From Haliotis rubra (Eukaryota): a stretch of DNA of 64,000 nt. Below the pieces are notes generated by a model that saw only the letters and a program-made list of their open reading frames with translations, made no database searches and was not told the DNA's origin. The position numbers and the translations under genes are program-made. Positions 62,045-64,000 of this stretch are shown piece after piece; positions within the stretch are counted from its first letter, which is position 1; every line of letters begins with the position of its first letter. The DNA lies in assembly GCF_003918875.1 (NCBI RefSeq), contig NW_025765570.1, positions 806,001-870,000 on the forward strand, read 5' to 3'.

Positions 62045-63980
62045 ATAATCATATTCATAGTCTCCAGCTAGTTCAGAACCGTGCAGCCAGAATCATCACC
62101 CGAACTAAATCAAAAGACCACATAACGCCCGTACTTCAGCAACTGCACTGATTACCAATCCAACAACGGATAAGATTCAAGATTCTCTTACTAACACACA
62201 GATCTTTATATGAGGATGACTTTCCCATCTACATGTAAAGTGTCGTCAGTCACACGTCTTTACTCACATTATCTTCGACAAACTCCGTCAGGGCTCGGAA
62301 AACTTTGTAAACATTACTGATTAACAGGTTATTTCTTATGTCACCTTTCCTATATTTTCACATCTGTACTTGAGGTCTTTGCTTAAGATCCCTTTTAATT
62401 TCTACACATTCACAAAAGAATAATAACAGGCCGTAAGTAATTACTTTGAGGTTACCCGAAATGCTCCTCTTATCGCTTCATCTCGCGCCCAAGGCAGGCC
62501 CTTTGTTTTAGCCAGCCAGCCGAGCAGCACGTTGTTTGACCACAGAGCGCATTGTTTTTTGTCCAGCTCTAATTAGCCAACTTATGTACGAGTAAGTACA
62601 CTCCCTTCGCTTATCAATTGTGTTGTTATGCTATAACAGTATATTTGTCTGTGATACCGCTACTGGCAAAGTTTAATTGATCGGAAATTTGATTGTTTGA
62701 GTAATTGTGATTATCTCGTAGCCATCCATGTATTACTCGTTATGGGGAAAATGTTTCATTTTTTAAATGTACTGTCATCAATGTTTATAGAGTAGAATTG
62801 TAACTTGAAAGCATGTTTTTGCTCAATGGTTGTGTGAGAACGAATAGTGTATAAAATGTTGTTTGTATTATGTGATCCACTAATTAGTGACAATTTTAGG
62901 TTGTACTGTTATTTTATTTGTCACTCCCCGTAAGCAGTTATCTCCCTTGCTCGCTGCCATTCTACAGTTTCCGTGAACCGTAATTATTCACTCCAACTCC
63001 ATTGTTTTGATTTGTTCCAACTTGTTAGTTTCAAAACCGCGTGTTAGCGGGAGCACTTAGATTAGCCTCAAGTGTGATAATGTTTGTAGAAAAGTATGCA
63101 ATTCAGCATTATTATCGCCACGATGTGTTTGCATGAAATTGTCAGTTTACTCATTGTATTGTAGTAGCATCCTACTAGGTAAGGAAGCCCCGTCCGGTTG
63201 TGGACAGATGTATCCAAGGTAGTTGGGGGTGAGTTTTATATACCTCAACTGGAAAACGGTGTAAAGTTTCATTTATTTTTCATGTGAGTTATTGTATGTT
63301 ATTAGTTAGATTAACTTGTGTAAAACTATTAAATAAGAAGTGACATACCCACTGGGTCTGGTATCTTTGCTGGAAGTTATGCAAGTGCTATTGGTACAGT
63401 TGACTTTGTATGTAAAAGATGCTTTCTTCCATGTGAATGTTTATATTGTACTTTTATGCACTGTGCTAATCTAAAATGATAACTGATACTTTCAGACATA
63501 CGCGATTCTTATACCAATGTGTAATATGGGATTACGATGTACATGTTTCATCTGTGACAGGCCATCCATGATGTTACCATGTATATTGAATGTTTTTGTT
63601 TTATTGTTTAGGTCTACCGTCTTCAGTATAAATAAATTACATGGACCCAGAGAACGGCTCTGTTCTGCTTTTTACATACATGAAAGAACTTGTCAACGAG
63701 TATCAACCTTCAAGATCTCTCAGATCTGAGAGAAGTCGTTTGTTGCGTATTCCTGTGACCAAAACCAGAATTGGCAGCGACGCCTTCTCAGTGACAGCGC
63801 CAGTTCTTTGGATCTCTATTCCCCTTAAACTCCGTTGCATCAACAACGTCTCATCCTTCCGAACTCACTTAAAAAACCTTCCTTTTCTCTGGAGTCTCTC
63901 TACCCTAGATTTGTTTAGCGCCGTTGAACAGCTGTAAGGTGGAAAGCAGGCGCGTTAGAAATGCATTATTATTATTGTTA
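62045..63980 (+). mobile_element. L2-type LINE 3' fragment interrupted by a solo LTR
   Basis: LQLVQNRAARII...HITPVLQQLH*LPIQQRIRFKIL...PIY | MKELV...RSLRS...AFSVTAPVLW; (ATT)n tail. Confidence 0.88.
62234..63676 (+). mobile_element. Solo LTR (Gypsy-like), 1443 bp
   Basis: TGTAAA...TTTACA termini, 4-bp TSD TACA, AATAAA near the 3' end; the L2 reading frame rejoins when it is removed. Confidence 0.85.
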
Positions 63981-64000
63981 TGTTTTACAGATTAAAGATA

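Overview
Eukaryotic, AT-rich and intron-rich genomic DNA from a marine invertebrate. The tRNA-derived SINEs with (ACTC)n tails suggest a mollusc such as a gastropod/abalone, which is an inference. Two convergent spliced genes can be built by hand. (1) On + (1409-4012), the hinge and ligand-binding-domain exons of a photoreceptor-specific nuclear receptor (NR2E3/PNR); the DNA-binding exons are not seen in the window, and there is an apparent 1-nt frameshift at ~2201-2204. (2) On - (49630->21501), a 13-exon, phase-consistent DEG/ENaC ion channel of about 669 aa. Its extracellular finger region carries a ~145-aa serglycin-like (Ser-Gly)n tract flanked by Asp/Tyr motifs, making it a candidate 'proteoglycan ion channel' and the most interesting observation. 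The rest is mostly satellites/minisatellites (16, 33, 21, 40, 100, 63, 41, 28, 26, 39 and 21 bp units), Tc1/mariner and PIF/Harbinger transposons, MITEs, SINEs, LINE fragments and a solo LTR nested in an L2 LINE. Coordinates were read by eye: exon boundaries were checked for GT-AG and phase, and repeat edges are approximate.
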